Under the pieces are notes generated by a model. It did not search any database. It worked only from the letters and a program-made list of their open reading frames with translations, and was not told the origin of the DNA. From Octopus bimaculoides (taxonomy: Eukaryota): a DNA stretch of 32,030 nt. Position 1 is the first letter of the stretch. Every line of letters starts with the position of its first letter. Position numbers and translations under genes: made by a program. Positions 29,229 to 32,030 of the stretch are shown piece by piece. The stretch is taken from contig NC_068981.1 in assembly GCF_001194135.2 (NCBI RefSeq), forward strand, positions 152,964,386-152,996,415. The letters are read 5' to 3'.

Positions 29229-30682
29229 ATAATAACATATAATCATCATTCTTTCATGTCCCTTTTTTCATGCTTGCATAGATTGGATAGTTTGGCATGA
29301 ACTAACAAGCTTGAGTACTACACTGAGCTCTGATGTCTGTTTTGGTATGGTCTCTACAGCTATGTACATAATTTTTATGTTCAATTTTTCAAAGCTAGCA
29401 TGAGCGTATATGTTATTGGGGTATTGCTTTACAGTTGGATGCCCTTCCTGTTGCTAACTCTTACTTGTTTTTCAAGTAAGGGATCTCTTATACCACACAG
29501 CTTCGAAGGCACAAAATGAGCAGTGGAGCAAGGGGAATGCAAACAGACACTGTGAACCTCATTACTTTTAAATAAGCAAACACACATATGCACAATGGGC
29601 TTCCATTTTTGTATACCAGTTCCACTAATGTGTTATGTGCAATCAGTAATGTTTGCGAATTAATAATGCAACAAATTTACAGCTAGTAAAATTTTTAATT
29701 ATTCATTTAGTATTCAGAATTGTATGTACATTCTGCCTATCTGCCTTTCATGTGCACCTGAAGTGACATCTGATCTAAATATGATTTATTTCTATAACCT
29801 AATGTAGTCTTATGTTGTGGTGTATGGTTAAATTCTGAGTAAAATAAATCCAGAATCAGATTCTGATTTATGGTTGGAACTAATTGGCTTGGCTCATGTA
29901 TTTTTGGAAGATAGGAGTACATTAAGTTATCACTTCATTCTATGTGGTCATTCGATATGCTAGAAATAACAGTCATATCTCTCTCAAACTACGTCTGAAT
30001 ACTGGGCAGTTGGAATGCACCTTACCACTATATACAATAAGCTCATTGTTTTATTATACAGGAATAGCATTAATGATAGCAAACTATCATTCATGTTTGA
30101 CTAACATTAGCAGTAAGAAATTGTTTATACTTAATGCTGTTGTTTGTTTAGCTTCAAGTTAGTCCTGACTGTGCAGACTTAGGATGAAAGTTGCTACTGC
30201 TTTTTAAGATAGTTGAGTATAATTTGTGGGAAATTTGACTGTCTTTTCTAACAAATCAAGTGACCTCACAGTGAGTGTCTTGTTGGTTCATTTTATTTAC
30301 TTTTATCTCTTGGATATATTTCACCTTAAAAATTGAACAGTATGATGTAGAAATATTCATTACTTTCATTTTTTTAAATTGTAATGTTGTTACCTCATAC
30401 ATACAAATTGGTACTGTCAGTCTACAAACAATGCTAAATCTAGAGATAATGTTTGGATTATTTCAATTATCTTTCATTGGGCAAAATATTTATGCCTTTT
30501 TATATGTATATACATACGTACAGGCTTAAATGTGTGTATGTATGTGTATGCATTCATATGAGTCTCTACGTTTACAATGCCTATGAGCGTGTGGGAATAG
30601 TAAACATATAAATTATATTACAAATATACCTTGATAAATATATTTCTGCTTAGATTTTTATAATGTGAGATTGTTTATATGT

Positions 30683-31003
30683 GCAAGCATGGCTGTATGG
30701 TTAAAGAGCTTACTTAACAACCATGTGATCTTGGGCTTATTCTCTTTAGCACATTGGGCAAATGTTCCCTACTATAACCTTAGGCCACTCAATACCTTGT
30801 GAATGAATTTGGTTAATGGAAACTGTGTGGAAGCCCATTGTGTGTGTGTTTCTATCCTCCTCCCACTGTTTACGTCCCCATAACTTAGCAATTCAGACTT
30901 AGAAAAATAAGTACTGGGTCCATTTGGTTGACTATAAAAACCCTTAAAGGCAGTATCCCAGGATAGCTGCTGTCCAATGACTGAAACAAGTAAAATAAAA
31001 AGA
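30683..31003 (+). mobile_element. SINE family A, diverged
   Basis: GCATGGCTGTATGGTTAA head, TTGGGCAAATG core, ATGACTGAAACAAGTAAAATAAAA tail. Confidence 0.7.
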
Positions 31004-31992
31004 AATTGGATATTCAGATAAGATGCTGAATTAGCAAAGATGTCATAGCATCAGATAGAATATCTTGTAGTATCTGTTATGGTGTTCTGTGACCTGGATG
31101 AAAAATGATTCTGTTGCCTTTAACACCATCACCTTGTCCTTGTATACTAAGTCTTGGCACATGTTGAACCTCAACTTAATACACAGTAGTGTTACTGCCA
31201 GACAATTCGATAGAGCTACTAGATTAAACTCTCTGTGTCTCTTGGGCACTAACTCATATTTGTAAATCATTATCCAGTGTACCATTCCTTTCTTCAGAAA
31301 AGTTTGCTGCTATTTATAGTATGTGAAGCAATTACATAGAGATTTCTTCTTCGTTGTCTATATTTTGTATAATTGAAAGTTCAAATTACTAATGTGTTTC
31401 AATCATGTCATGTATGCTCTGTGTGTGTGTGCATGCAATCTTTCCGTGAGTAATCACTAAGGGAACAAACTCTAACTGGAACTCCAGTACAAAGCTTTTA
31501 AGATGGGAAGCTATAAATCTTCATTTTTCTGTGAGCTTTTGTATCTAAGCCAGCATTAAATGTGTCCACTATCCCTCTCATCTGTTTGTGGACTTTAAGA
31601 ACATTATGCTATGTGTTTAGACTTGTGGTAGAGAAATATAACTTAATGTTTTTGTACAAAGTGAGAGCACTTCAACATTGCTATGATTGTCTTTCAAGAC
31701 AGACAAATGCCATGGTTGTACAAATTGTATATATTTCTAAACTTATATATCATGGATCCCCCATCTGCAATTTCTTGCTGAACAACCACGCAGATGATTT
31801 GATTATAGTGATCAAATGTTTATGCTACACACTAGCTCACTCCCACCATCAGTTTGACATTACCTGTACAGGTGCACAACATGAAATGGAGTATTTTGCT
31901 AAAAGACACAACATAATACTTAGTCTTGGAATTGAAAATATGATCTTGCAATCATGAGTGAAACACTTTCACTACTAAGTGATACACCTTCG

Positions 31993-32030
<38 letters not shown>

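Noticed and set aside
28498-32030. Search for the remaining TBC1D13 exons (DVIRIWDSLF...)
   Set aside because: No matching acceptor and frame found. The short ORFs here (e.g. 31562-31957) are AT-rich or SINE-derived, so the gene likely continues beyond the window.

Overview
AT-rich, repeat-dense animal genomic DNA. The SINE/LINE/MITE landscape, microsatellites and N-gaps point to an octopus or other coleoid cephalopod (inference). The only host gene found is a partial TBC1D13 (Rab-GAP, TBC domain) on the + strand. Nine GT-AG exons between 11755 and 28497 join into one stop-free 292-codon frame with the IxxDxxR (IDKDCRR) and YxQ (YIQGMNE) catalytic fingers. The first and last coding exons were not found and probably lie outside the window. 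The rest is intron filled with decayed mobile DNA: three Tc1/mariner remnants (DD37D maT-like, DD34D mariner, rosa-like), Penelope-like elements (PLE), CR1-like and RTE-like LINE 3' ends, at least four tRNA-derived SINE families and several MITEs. The most notable unannotated signal is a set of minimal type I hammerhead ribozyme motifs in PLE-type repeats. Two near-intact copies lie in a ~0.9 kb foldback (13245-14150), one of them in the sense of the pre-mRNA. A decayed third copy sits behind a tRNA-like Pol III promoter at the 3' end of a GIY-YIG-encoding PLE. Several inverted repeat pairs bracket exon blocks and are candidate ADAR or back-splicing substrates. Repeat family names and the boundaries of decayed repeats are from manual pattern recognition and need Dfam/RepeatMasker confirmation.
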